Source of the DNA: an uncultured Eubacteriales bacterium
GTDB lineage: Bacteria > Acidobacteriota > Aminicenantia > Aminicenantales > Saccharicenantaceae
Length of the DNA: 64,000 nt
NCBI GenBank assembly: GCA_964585685.1
Contig: CAZPEP010000005.1
Location: 17,783 to 81,782 of the forward strand
Direction: 5' to 3'
Part shown: piece by piece, positions 47,190 through 56,490 of the stretch
Layout: the number at the start of each line of letters is the position of its first letter
Position numbering within the stretch: the stretch's first letter is position 1
Notes under the pieces: generated by a model
The model's database searches: none
What the model was told of the DNA's origin: nothing
Seen by the model: only the letters and a program-made list of their open reading frames with translations
Program-made: the position numbers and the translations under genes

Positions 47190-47511
47190 CTGACTGCCCA
47201 CTTCCGATGCGGCTTCTTAGATGCAGGGAAGCCGTAGGCGGCCCACCGACCGGACGCGACATCTAGTCTCAACGCGCCGCGGAAAACGCTAGGGCTCAGG
47301 CCCGGCGAAACCGAGACCCACAGGAGACTCTTATGTCTCTCAAACCCAAGGCCCCTGTCTTGACCTTCGCTGATGACATGGTCGCGCGGGACTTCTATCG
47401 CCGACTGAGGGAGAGGCTTACGGTCGCCGAGAAAACCCACCTTCTCGGAGGCGAGCCCGACCCCCTGACCTATCGCCTGAGGCTCCTTTCCCTAGCAGAA
47501 AAGCACGGCAT

Positions 47512-47709
47512 ATGAACATCGAGGAGCGTCATTTTGTGCGCCCGCAGGAGTTTGCGGGCCTTTATGGCCTGTCGGCAAAGCACGTCTATGATCTCTTGAG
47601 TCGGCGACTACTGCCGGCAACGAAGCGGAAGGGTTGCGGCTGGCTGATCGATCGCATCCGATTTGAGAAAGAGCTCGAGGATTCCATTGGAAAGCGTTAC
47701 CCAAGCTGA
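47512..47709 (+). CDS. helix-turn-helix DNA-binding protein (excisionase/AlpA-like HTH_17)
   Basis: 65 aa. FAGLYGLSAKHVYDLLSRRLLPATKRKGCGWLIDRIRFEKEL resembles MerR-superfamily excisionase-type HTH. Confidence 0.45.
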   Translation: MNIEERHFVRPQEFAGLYGLSAKHVYDLLSRRLLPATKRKGCGWLIDRIRFEKELEDSIGKRYPS

Positions 47710-49168
47710 GGGCGTTCTTGCCGGGCTCCTGATTGATCTCCCCCGGCTCGAGCAATACGAACTTGCGGACTCCATGTTCGAGGGGCGTGCCCGCCGCGTC
47801 TTCCAGAGTTTATCAAGCCTCTGGGAGGAACGCAGGGTTGAAAAGCTCGGGCCTGCCGATATCGTGGAGCTCAGCGAAAAGGCCGGGGGCGACGGCATCC
47901 TGGCCTATATCACCGAACTGATCGGACCCTGGGCGCCCGTCAACGAGGCTCTGTTCCGTGATGTTTATACCCGCTTTCGGGCCCGACAGATCAAAGGCCG
48001 CCTTCTACGGAAGGTTGAGGCCTTAGCCAAGCTCCCGTCGGGTATCGAGCTCGATATTGACGAGATCCGAGCGGATATCGACGAACTGGACCGGATCTCC
48101 GAGGCAACGGGTTCCCGTCTAGCGGAGCGGGCCTCGGGCGATGTCAAGGTTCGCGCCATCCCCTGGCTTTTCCCGGGCGTGCTGGCAACCCACATGGCGA
48201 CCGGTATCACGGGCGACGCCGGAAACGGCAAGACGCTTGTCGCCGTCGATATGTCCGCAAGGGTCACCGTCGGCAAGGCCTTCCCTCTCTACGGCAAGCC
48301 CGGAGCGCCTGTTAAAGGGCACGTCTTTTATGTCACGTCCGAGGGCGTTCCTGAAATGATCCTGGTCCCGCGGCTCATTGCCGCCGGCGCGGACCTCTCC
48401 AAGATCACGATCATCGAGGGGATGTATCTTCGCAAGGGCGAGTTCTCGATGTTCGATGTCACCCAGCACCTTCCGAAGCTGGAGAAGCGGGCGCGAGACT
48501 TCCCGGACCTCAAGCTGATCGTGCTCGATCCCATCGCCTCTTTCCTTCCCGAGCGGATAAATCCCAACCAGGCAAACAGCGTCCGCCAGGCGATGGATAG
48601 GGTCTCCAATTTGGCCTACAAGCTCGGCATTGCAGCCGTGACCGTCATGCACTTCGCTAAGGCCTCGGCGGGCGTCAAGGCCATCCACAGGACGGCCGGA
48701 AGCGGCCAATTCGAGGCGGCCCTGAAGATGTCCTGGTCCGTGATAAGGCGCGAGGGAGACGCCCGGAACGCTCGCCTCTTGGTGCCGCAAAAATCGAATA
48801 TTACGGGCGGCTATAAGAGCCTGTCCTTTGGTATTCATCAGGTCGAGTTCCCCGCCCCCGACAACCCAGAAGAGGTCATCACCACGGCCAAGATCGAATA
48901 TGGCGATCTCGTCGATGAGGATCCCGAGACGCTGATAAGCCCGTCCCAGGAAAGCGATAACCACGTTGCCAAGGCAACAGAATTCCTCTCCAAGAAGCTC
49001 AAAGAGGGGACGACGCTCTACGCGGCCCGCCTGATTGACGAGGCCGAAGACCAGGGCATCCCCAAATGGGCCCTCTATAAGGCTAAGGACCGAATAGGCA
49101 TCGAGCACGACAAGGAAGGCCACTTCCAAGGCCGGACGTTTTGGTATCTACCCAAGCGGAAAGACTGA
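47663..49168 (+). CDS. RecA-fold replication ATPase (AAA_25/RepA-like, DnaB-C-terminal-like)
   Basis: Walker A GDAGNGKTLVAVDM, Walker B-like LKLIVLDPIASF, followed by RecA-fold strands. Typical of replication/primase-helicase proteins of plasmids, ICEs and phage satellites. True start possibly downstream (MFEG...). Confidence 0.65.
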   Translation: MRKSSRIPLESVTQAEGVLAGLLIDLPRLEQYELADSMFEGRARRVFQSLSSLWEERRVEKLGPADIVELSEKAGGDGILAYITELIGPWAPVNEALFRDVYTRFRARQIKGRLLRKVEALAKLPSGIELDIDEIRADIDELDRISEATGSRLAERASGDVKVRAIPWLFPGVLATHMATGITGDAGNGKTLVAVDMSARVTVGKAFPLYGKPGAPVKGHVFYVTSEGVPEMILVPRLIAAGADLSKITIIEGMYLRKGEFSMFDVTQHLPKLEKRARDFPDLKLIVLDPIASFLPERINPNQANSVRQAMDRVSNLAYKLGIAAVTVMHFAKASAGVKAIHRTAGSGQFEAALKMSWSVIRREGDARNARLLVPQKSNITGGYKSLSFGIHQVEFPAPDNPEEVITTAKIEYGDLVDEDPETLISPSQESDNHVAKATEFLSKKLKEGTTLYAARLIDEAEDQGIPKWALYKAKDRIGIEHDKEGHFQGRTFWYLPKRKD

Positions 49169-49192
49169 TGCTCCCTAAAGCCTATATATCAA

Positions 49193-49255
49193 AACATAGG
49201 TAAACATAGGTAAACATAGGCTTCCCTATCTTCTCCTATGTTCGCCTATGTTTGC
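49193..49255. repeat. iteron-like array: 3 direct AACATAGG(TAA) repeats followed by 2 inverted CCTATGTT repeats
   Basis: aaACATAGGtaaACATAGGtaaACATAGGcttccctatcttctCCTATGTTcgCCTATGTTtgc. It lies right after the replication ATPase gene and before the putative small-terminase-like gene. Candidate origin or packaging site. Confidence 0.5.
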
Positions 49256-49449
49256 ACTTTTATAGGCTCAGAAGATAGCGGGAGGACGGCGACAGGCGCC
49301 TGCCCATTAAGCCTCATCGTCCCCCCAAGAAGCGGGGGCGACCATCTAACTGCCAATCGCATGATTATCAGGCGGGAAGGCTTAAATAATGACCAAAACT
49401 TTGCCATTCCAAGCCTTAGAGAAGCCCGTCAAAAGGAGCCCAAAACCTC

Positions 49450-50079
49450 ATGGATAATGCATCTAAGCGCAAGAAAAAGCGAAGGATAGGGCGCCCGCCC
49501 ATGCATGGAGCCTTCGCCCTGGTCTATCGGGACGAGATAGTAAGGCAATTTCCCGAGCTGACCAGGTACACCAGGGACGTTTATGACGGGCTCATGGAGG
49601 ATCTGGCGCCAGAAGGCAAGGACACCCTGCCCGTTGCTAAGCGGATCATTCTGGACAGGTTGCTCTCCAAGCTCCTAACAGCGGGTCTTCTGGACATCTA
49701 CTTGGGCCAGCACGGGATTCTACAGCGGGGGGCGCTCGAAAGGAAGGTCCTCGAATGCGAGCCTGCCGTCAATACCTGGCTGGCCGTCAATCATGCAATC
49801 CTGAGGGATCTTCAGGCTCTGGGCCTAGAGAGAAAGGAACTCGAGCCGTTGGATCTCAACCCGCTCGAGATAGCGGCGGAGATCGACGCTAGGAAGATAG
49901 CCAATGGGGCATGCGAGGTAGGGAAAATCGATCCTGGGGCATCCCAGGGGCATAAAACAGGCATTCAGGAGGCTAATGATGAAAGCAATCACGATCAAAC
50001 TGGACAGGCGGAGGCGGCTGCGCCTGACGCCAACATCGATCAAGCTGGCGGAGAAGACGATGGGGAAGTCAATTGTTGA
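49450..50079 (+). CDS. putative DNA-binding protein, terminase-small-subunit-like (tentative)
   Basis: 209 aa. N-terminal basic KRKKKRRIGRPP motif as in many phage small terminase subunits. Otherwise unassignable. Confidence 0.3.
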   Translation: MDNASKRKKKRRIGRPPMHGAFALVYRDEIVRQFPELTRYTRDVYDGLMEDLAPEGKDTLPVAKRIILDRLLSKLLTAGLLDIYLGQHGILQRGALERKVLECEPAVNTWLAVNHAILRDLQALGLERKELEPLDLNPLEIAAEIDARKIANGACEVGKIDPGASQGHKTGIQEANDESNHDQTGQAEAAAPDANIDQAGGEDDGEVNC

Positions 50080-50317
50080 AATAGGCGACCATATACAGGT
50101 GTTGTCCCCCTCGATAGAGCTGGTATCAACGGTGCTCTGGCTTCTCTTGATCGATGAGGACCCCGCGCTGACCATTCAGGGCACGGGCCAGATCCTCAAG
50201 GACTATCTCTCGGGCGCCGGCTTCTTAAAGCTGGCATGGAGGACCTGGCGGCTAAAGCGGGCATTCGGTAAATATGGACGGGCGCTCAAAGAGTTTGCCC
50301 GTGAGTTTGGAGGTTAA
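49976..50317 (+). CDS. hypothetical protein, possibly tail-assembly-chaperone-like (overlaps previous ORF in another frame, directly upstream of tape-measure gene)
   Basis: 113 aa. Position and overlap reminiscent of gpG/gpGT chaperone ORFs preceding tape-measure genes. No sequence motif recognised. Confidence 0.25.
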   Translation: MMKAITIKLDRRRRLRLTPTSIKLAEKTMGKSIVEIGDHIQVLSPSIELVSTVLWLLLIDEDPALTIQGTGQILKDYLSGAGFLKLAWRTWRLKRAFGKYGRALKEFAREFGG

Positions 50318-50318
50318 T

Positions 50319-52637
50319 ATGCCATTCAATGCGGGTAGTCTAGTCGCAACGCTGGAATTAAACACCAAGGGCTGGACGGAGAAGATCCAGGCGGTCCAGA
50401 AGGACAAACAAGCGCTTCTGACCTCCGCCGCCAATATCGGCAAGGGGTTCCAGGACATGGGCCTCAAGATGACGGCAGCCGGCGGCGCGCTCGTCTTGGG
50501 TCTCGGCGCGATGATAAAGAAGACAGCCAACGCCGGGGACGCATTTTGGGACCTGAGCCAGAAGACGGGGATCTCGGTTGAAACGCTGTCCTCGTTCAAG
50601 CTGGCGGCGGATACCTCGGGAACCTCTATCGACGGCTTTGCGGTGGGGATGCGGGGATTGTCCAGGGCCGTCGGCGATGCCAAGACAGGCACGGGTGACG
50701 CAAAGAAAGCGTTCGATGCCCTGGGCGTGTCATTCGTGGATGCTGACGGGAAGGCGCGTCCGCTCGATCAGCTCTTCCTTGATCTCGCCGGGAAGTTCTC
50801 CGGCATGGAGGACGGGGCGACGAAGACCGACCTGGCCATGAAACTGTTCGGGCGGTCCGGGGTGGAGCTCATCCCCATGCTCAACCTCGGAAAGCAGGGG
50901 CTCAAGGACTTGACCGACCGGGCCAAGGAGCTCGGCATCACGTTCAACACCGAGGCCGCGAAGAAATGCGACGAGTTCAATGACAGCCTGGATATTCTCA
51001 GGGCTTCGGTCGGGGCGTCGTTCCGGGGGATCGCGCTGGAGTTGATCCCGACCCTTCAGGACCTTGCTACAAAGGTCGCGTCGGCGATCGGCAAGGTCAT
51101 CGAATGGACCAATGCACATCCCGCCTTGACGGAGGCCATCGGCAAGCTCGCCCTGGGCCTGGCCGGCATCGGGACGATCCTCGCGGTTTCGGGGCCGGTT
51201 CTCATGGGAATCGGGGCGCTGATGACCAACATTGGGGCGATCAAGCTCTTGGCCTTGAAATCCATTGTGTTCACGTTCGCCCTGGCCGGTACGGCGATCG
51301 TCGCGATGGGCGTCGTAAAAATGATTGACGATTTCAAGCGGCTCCGGCTCGAAGGGGAGACGACGGCGGAGGCGCTCAGGACGATGTTCCTGAATTTCAA
51401 TCCGTTCAAGAGCCTCTCCCGTGACAAGATCAGCGAGACGGTCCTGGCGATGGATGAAGCGCGGAGCTCCTCCATCAACCTGACGGGCGCAGTCAGCCTG
51501 CTCGATATCGCGTTTAATGCCATCAAGGGAGCCATCGAGGACGGGGCGGTCAAGCCTGCGAAGACCCTGGCCAGCACCGTCACGGACGTTCTGATCCCCG
51601 CGGTGGACAATGCCAAGCTCGCCCTCGCCAGCATGGTGCAGACGATCGCCCTCGAGGTCACGCCGAAGACCGCGGGGCTTGAGGCGCTCATCAAGGACTT
51701 CACCCCGGCGCTCCAGGGCGTCGATTGGCAGGCACTTCCCGAAGGCGCGAAGCCGGCCCTGGATCAGGTTGGGATTGCCGTCGAGACGATGAGAGAGAGG
51801 ATCGCGGACAATTTCGCGGGATTATTCCTTGATATCAAATCGGGATTCGTCGATACGTTCACCCGTTCCGTCGATGAGGGATGGGGCTTCTCGCGTTTTA
51901 TGGATGAGATATTTAAGACGATCCGGACCTCTCTGATCAGAACGATCGGCGAGATGCTCGCTGACTGGATGTTCGGATTCATCGATAAGATCAAGGCCTC
52001 GGCAACATCTGCCGGGAAGACGATCGCCGAAAGCATCGGAGGCGCGACCGGGGGCATCGGGAAGGCGGCCGGGTCGATGGCCGGCTCCTTCCTTTCGGCG
52101 GCGGGATCTATCGCCAGCATCGTCACCGCCGTCGCCTCGGTCGTCTCCCTGCTCAAGAGCCCTCCCACGGGCGCGGGCGACGGCATGGGCCGCGTCGTCG
52201 AGCGACAGGACCAGCAGACCTCGCTCCTCACGCGCATATTTGAGGACATCAACGGAAATCTCAAGCCGACGCTCTGGTCGATCTCCAGCAAGAGCGATAC
52301 CCAGATCAAGCGTCTGGATACGGCCAACGCCTGGCTCAAGTCGATGGATGCGGCGCTCAAGGGAATGAAGGGCGCGGCAAGCGGGGCCGTCTCGACGCAG
52401 ACAGAAATGATGGTGGTCCACGGCACGCGGAGCGATCCCGAGTACATCATGCGAGCCTCTCAGCTCAACGCGGGCATCATGCCCAAGGCGACCAGCGGCG
52501 GCGGGCGACAGGCGCCCGTCGTCGTCAATATCAAGCCCGTGGTCATTGAAAAACGGGACCGCTATATCATCGAGTTTGTTCAGGACAGCCTGAATCACGG
52601 CACGCTGAGGATCCCCGCCTCGGCGGTAGGCGGGTGA
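50319..52637 (+). CDS. phage tail tape-measure-like protein (TP901-family N-terminal core)
   Basis: Start ATG 50319 preceded by GGAGG RBS. N-terminal region FKLAADTSGTSIDGFAVGMRGLSRAVGDAKTGTGDAKKAFDALGVSF...LAMKLFGRSGVELIPMLNLGKQGLKDLTDRAKELGI matches the conserved TP901-type TMP core. Internal TM helices and Gly/Ala-rich repeats follow. Confidence 0.7.
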   Translation: MPFNAGSLVATLELNTKGWTEKIQAVQKDKQALLTSAANIGKGFQDMGLKMTAAGGALVLGLGAMIKKTANAGDAFWDLSQKTGISVETLSSFKLAADTSGTSIDGFAVGMRGLSRAVGDAKTGTGDAKKAFDALGVSFVDADGKARPLDQLFLDLAGKFSGMEDGATKTDLAMKLFGRSGVELIPMLNLGKQGLKDLTDRAKELGITFNTEAAKKCDEFNDSLDILRASVGASFRGIALELIPTLQDLATKVASAIGKVIEWTNAHPALTEAIGKLALGLAGIGTILAVSGPVLMGIGALMTNIGAIKLLALKSIVFTFALAGTAIVAMGVVKMIDDFKRLRLEGETTAEALRTMFLNFNPFKSLSRDKISETVLAMDEARSSSINLTGAVSLLDIAFNAIKGAIEDGAVKPAKTLASTVTDVLIPAVDNAKLALASMVQTIALEVTPKTAGLEALIKDFTPALQGVDWQALPEGAKPALDQVGIAVETMRERIADNFAGLFLDIKSGFVDTFTRSVDEGWGFSRFMDEIFKTIRTSLIRTIGEMLADWMFGFIDKIKASATSAGKTIAESIGGATGGIGKAAGSMAGSFLSAAGSIASIVTAVASVVSLLKSPPTGAGDGMGRVVERQDQQTSLLTRIFEDINGNLKPTLWSISSKSDTQIKRLDTANAWLKSMDAALKGMKGAASGAVSTQTEMMVVHGTRSDPEYIMRASQLNAGIMPKATSGGGRQAPVVVNIKPVVIEKRDRYIIEFVQDSLNHGTLRIPASAVGG

Positions 52638-52638
52638 C

Positions 52639-54120
52639 ATGGATATAACGGACGCCCTGCACGACAAGACAATCTTCGGGCCGCTGTTCAAGGACCCGAA
52701 GACCTGGCACGCATGGGAGGTCTATCTCCGGGGGCTTTTCGGACTGCCGATCGAGGGCGCCGAGGATCTGGCTCTTTTTAGGGACTGCACCGGGCTCGAG
52801 GCGCCCCCGCGCGAGCGGGCCCGGGAGAGCTATGTCATCGCCGGGAGGCGGAGCGGCAAGAGTTATACATCGGCGCTCATCGCTGCGTTCCTGGCCTGCT
52901 TCAAGGACTGGAAGCCTTATCTGAGTCCGGGGGAGCGCGGCTGGATCTTCGTCATCGCCGTGGACAAGGCCCAGGCCGGGATCATCAAGGCGTACATCTC
53001 GGGCATCTTCCATCGGGTGAAATGCCTGAAGGGCCTGATCGCAAAAGAGACACAAGAGACGATCGAGCTCAAGAACGGGATCTCGATCGCCGTGAAGACG
53101 GCGTCCTTCCGTTCCGTCCGGGGCTATACAATTTTAGCGGCGTTGCTCGAAGAGATCGCATTCGCAAGAAGCGAGGACAGCGCGAACCCCGACAAGGAAA
53201 TTTTAGCGGCCGTCCGCCCGGCGCTGGCGACGATCCCCGACAGCCTGCTCCTCGGCATCAGCACACCCTATAGCCGGAGCGGGGTCCTTTGGGAGCAATT
53301 CAAGAACTACTACGGGAAGCCTGGCGGGCCGCTGATCTGGAAGGCGGCGACGCGGATAATGAACCCGACGATCGACAGCCGGCTCATCGCTAACGCGCTG
53401 AAAGAGGACCCGCAGGCGGCCCGGGCGGAATGGGAGGCCGAATGGCGCGAAGATATCGAAGCGTTCCTTACGCAGGAGCTCGTCGAGGCCGTCACTATCA
53501 CGGGCCGGTTCGAGTTGCCGAGGATTGCCGACGCCGAATACTACGGCTTTATAGACCCGAGCGGCGGCCGGCAAGACTCTTTCACGATGGGGATCTGTCA
53601 CCGGGATAAAACGGGAAAGATCGTCCTGGACGTTCTCCGGGAGCGCCGTCCGCCCTTCCAGCCGCAGGGCGTCGTCGAAGAGTTCTCGGCCGTCCTGAAA
53701 TCGTTCAAGGTCTCGAGCGTCGAGTCTGATAAATACGCCGGCGAATGGGTCCCCGAGGCCTTCAGAAAATACGATATCGAAGTTAAGAACGCCGACATGA
53801 CGGCGAGCGAGCTGTATCTGAATCTTCTCCCGCTTGTCGCGAACGGGACGGTTGAACTTCTGGACAATAAGCGGCTGCTCGCGCAGCTCACAGGGCTTGA
53901 GCGTCGGGTCCGGAGCGGAGGGAAGGACCTTGTTTCCCATTATGCAGGGGGGCATGACGATCTCGCGAACGCCGCGGCCGGAGCCTGCGTCATGGTCGCG
54001 CAGACAGAGGCCGATGGCGGGGGCCTGTTTATTTCGGCCGGGTCCGTCTATGGCGACGACGTTCGGCCGGCGTTTCAACATTCTCCAGGCTGGCGGACGC
54101 TGACCTGGGGAAAGAACTGA
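52639..54120 (+). CDS. phage terminase large-subunit-like protein (ATPase + RNaseH-like nuclease)
   Basis: Walker A AGRRSGKS, acidic Walker B region (IFVIAVDKAQ), C-terminal nuclease-like motifs (FIDPSGG...DSFTMGI..., GGHDDLANA). Confidence 0.6.
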   Translation: MDITDALHDKTIFGPLFKDPKTWHAWEVYLRGLFGLPIEGAEDLALFRDCTGLEAPPRERARESYVIAGRRSGKSYTSALIAAFLACFKDWKPYLSPGERGWIFVIAVDKAQAGIIKAYISGIFHRVKCLKGLIAKETQETIELKNGISIAVKTASFRSVRGYTILAALLEEIAFARSEDSANPDKEILAAVRPALATIPDSLLLGISTPYSRSGVLWEQFKNYYGKPGGPLIWKAATRIMNPTIDSRLIANALKEDPQAARAEWEAEWREDIEAFLTQELVEAVTITGRFELPRIADAEYYGFIDPSGGRQDSFTMGICHRDKTGKIVLDVLRERRPPFQPQGVVEEFSAVLKSFKVSSVESDKYAGEWVPEAFRKYDIEVKNADMTASELYLNLLPLVANGTVELLDNKRLLAQLTGLERRVRSGGKDLVSHYAGGHDDLANAAAGACVMVAQTEADGGGLFISAGSVYGDDVRPAFQHSPGWRTLTWGKN

Positions 54121-54166
54121 TGGGGCAAGCGAGGCCCGGAACTACGCGCTGACGGAGGTTTGCCGA

Positions 54167-54442
54167 ATGGAAGTATTTGCAGGGGGTTTACCGTGGGACG
54201 TAAAGGACGGGGACCTGGAGGGCCTATTCAAGCCCTTCGGGGAGGTCGCGCGGATTAGCGTCGTCCGCGATCCGAGGACGGGAGAGGCGCGCGGCTTCGG
54301 CTTTGTAGAAATGCCGAATGACGGCGAGGCCAGGGCCGCGATCACGGCCTTGAATCAGACGGAGCTTCGCGGAAGGACGCTTCGCGTTTCCGAATCGCTG
54401 AAATCGCGCGGACCATATCCGAATCATGGGAGGACAAATTGA
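54167..54442 (+). CDS. RRM-domain RNA-binding protein
   Basis: 91 aa. RNP-2 (EVFAGGLPW) and RNP-1 (RGFGFVEM) motifs. Gly-poor short C-tail. Confidence 0.7.
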   Translation: MEVFAGGLPWDVKDGDLEGLFKPFGEVARISVVRDPRTGEARGFGFVEMPNDGEARAAITALNQTELRGRTLRVSESLKSRGPYPNHGRTN

Positions 54443-55233
54443 AATACGAACAGACGATCCTTGAAGCGTTTCAGGCTCGCGAAAAAGAGATCAAGGCCGA
54501 GTGCGACAATCTTGATCGCGAAATGGACAAGAAAAGGCGCGACCATGAGAAAATCCAGGCCGACGCCCTGGCGAAGCTCACGGGCGCGCGGGAAGCCCTG
54601 GCCGCTATGAAGGCCGATTATCTCACGCTCGAATCCGGGCTCGCGGCCCAGGCCGAAGGCGAGCTCAGGACAACGGAGGCGACGGCTGAGAAAGTGAAGG
54701 CGGGCGAGGTTTCGCTTCGGAACTTCATGGAGGACGGGCTTTCGGCAAGCGCGATCAAAGCGAAGGCCCAGGCCCAGGCAAACGAAAAGCTCAGGGAGGG
54801 TCGGAGGATCATTCTCGAAAAGGCCCTGGAGATATTCAAGCTCGAAGCCGTGGAAGCCGAGGCGAGGAAAAATATTATTTTCTGCGCGACCTATCCGGGG
54901 CAAACTCAGGTCAAGAAACTCAAGGCCGAAGTCGAAACGCTTGAGCGTAGGATCGGCGAAGTTTTTAGCGGTTATTATTTGGCGACGGCCGATATGGACC
55001 GGGCCAAGCTCAACGTCGCGCTGAGCGAAGGGAAGTCGGTTTCCGGCACGACCTGGGACGCGCTTTCGGTCGATGAGCTTAAGGACTTGAGATTCGATCC
55101 GCGCGTTCAGAAATACGCGGGGGACCTCGAAGCGTTCATCGGCACGGCCGACCCGGCCAAACGGTTCAATGTGTTCCTTCGCGTCGCGGCCTGGGACAAT
55201 ACGCCGGGCTTGGCGATCCTGGCGGCATTATGA
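54439..55233 (+). CDS. coiled-coil hypothetical protein (element-encoded)
   Basis: 264 aa, Ala/Glu/Lys-rich heptad-like N-terminal half. ATGA-type overlap with RRM gene. Confidence 0.35.
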   Translation: MKYEQTILEAFQAREKEIKAECDNLDREMDKKRRDHEKIQADALAKLTGAREALAAMKADYLTLESGLAAQAEGELRTTEATAEKVKAGEVSLRNFMEDGLSASAIKAKAQAQANEKLREGRRIILEKALEIFKLEAVEAEARKNIIFCATYPGQTQVKKLKAEVETLERRIGEVFSGYYLATADMDRAKLNVALSEGKSVSGTTWDALSVDELKDLRFDPRVQKYAGDLEAFIGTADPAKRFNVFLRVAAWDNTPGLAILAAL

Positions 55234-55718
55234 ACAAGCGCACATTCACGGCGAAGGAGATCGCGACACTCTTAACAAGCCAAGCCGGGAGCGATATTGA
55301 ATTGAACCTGGGCAACGGGCTGCGGGCCGTCCGCATGGCGACGAAGGACAGGCCCGTTTTCCAGATCGATCGGGCGGGGAAAGACCTGCATAATCTGGAC
55401 GACGCGGACCCGGCCGAACTCGCGGAGCTATCGGCTATCGTGTGGACCTTCGCGGACCAGTTTGGGCCTACGGAGGACGCCCTGGAGGAGCCCTTGACGC
55501 CGGAGCGGTTTAAAGACAAGCCGGAGCCGGAGAACATCGAGCCGGACCCGTTAGGGCTCACGCCGGACCATTTGCGGGGGATCATCGCGGACCCTGGGCT
55601 CGCGCGAAGGCTCGCGGCAGGAACAGCAACGGCCGAAGATTTGATTGTGCCGGACGCGCTCAAGGACGAGCCCGACGACAGCGATCCATTGGCCTATCCG
55701 GGGGACGCCTCTATTTGA
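55230..55718 (+). CDS. hypothetical acidic protein (element-encoded)
   Basis: 162 aa, overlaps previous gene by 4 bp. Confidence 0.3.
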   Translation: MNKRTFTAKEIATLLTSQAGSDIELNLGNGLRAVRMATKDRPVFQIDRAGKDLHNLDDADPAELAELSAIVWTFADQFGPTEDALEEPLTPERFKDKPEPENIEPDPLGLTPDHLRGIIADPGLARRLAAGTATAEDLIVPDALKDEPDDSDPLAYPGDASI

Positions 55719-55959
55719 CGCGCTTGGATTCGAGCCAGGCCTCAACGTCGGCCTTCTTGAACAAGACATGGCGCTTCAGTTTGAAGTACGGAATGGGGCT
55801 ATCCGGGTCGTTCATCCGCCGGAGCAAGGAGCCCCTAGAGATTTTTAGATATTCCTGAACCTGCTCCCTGGTAAGGGTCTCGTCTGAGAAGCTCGTCTTT
55901 TCGGACATTTTGACTGACTTCATCGACACAAGGATAAGTTCCCTGGCCTTAAAAGTCAA
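55711..55959 (-). CDS. AlpA/excisionase-like helix-turn-helix DNA-binding protein
   Basis: 82 aa. LTREQVQEYLKISRGSLLRRMNDPDSPIPYFKL...VLFKKADVEAWLESK resembles AlpA/Xis-family HTH. Lies beside the integrase region. Confidence 0.55.
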   Translation of the reverse strand: MTFKARELILVSMKSVKMSEKTSFSDETLTREQVQEYLKISRGSLLRRMNDPDSPIPYFKLKRHVLFKKADVEAWLESKRVK

Positions 55960-56001
55960 GGAGCAACAAAATGCTTGACTTTCGTTTAACTAGACCCCAT
56001 T

Positions 56002-56412
56002 ATGTTTAAGGACGGTCCAAATGGCCGTTACTTAATCAAGGAGGGCTTAATGGCAAAGACAAATGGAAAGGGGCCGGGGGAGAACCGCGACGCATGGGAA
56101 GGGGTGGCCCGCGTTGAATGGCTCAAGGGGTTTCCTTTCGTCGGCGAACCCGACGCACAATTCGAGGCAAGGGCTGGGATTGTCCCTGCCGCGGGCATCC
56201 AGGGCTCGAGCCTTTTGCTGGCGCTGAACTTCTCAAAGAACGAGACAACCGAAGGCGTCAACCTCACCTTGTCATTCGACCAGGCGAAGGTGTTGTCTGA
56301 AATTCTACACAATTTCGTCGCCTCCCGGGAAATGGCACATCAGGCGGTCCGCGGCGCATTCGTCAATCCCGAGGGCGCCGTGCGTTGGGGAACCTATCCT
56401 CGGGCGCTTTGA
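56002..56412 (+). CDS. hypothetical protein (element-encoded)
   Basis: 136-aa ORF between excisionase-like and integrase genes. Alternative start MAKTNGKG. Confidence 0.3.
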   Translation: MFKDGPNGRYLIKEGLMAKTNGKGPGENRDAWEGVARVEWLKGFPFVGEPDAQFEARAGIVPAAGIQGSSLLLALNFSKNETTEGVNLTLSFDQAKVLSEILHNFVASREMAHQAVRGAFVNPEGAVRWGTYPRAL

Positions 56413-56490
56413 TCTTCTTTCAGAGGCCGGGGCTTCGGTCCCGGCCCGAGTTAAGAGGATCAACCGAATCCTCAAAAGGAAAACGGAAGA

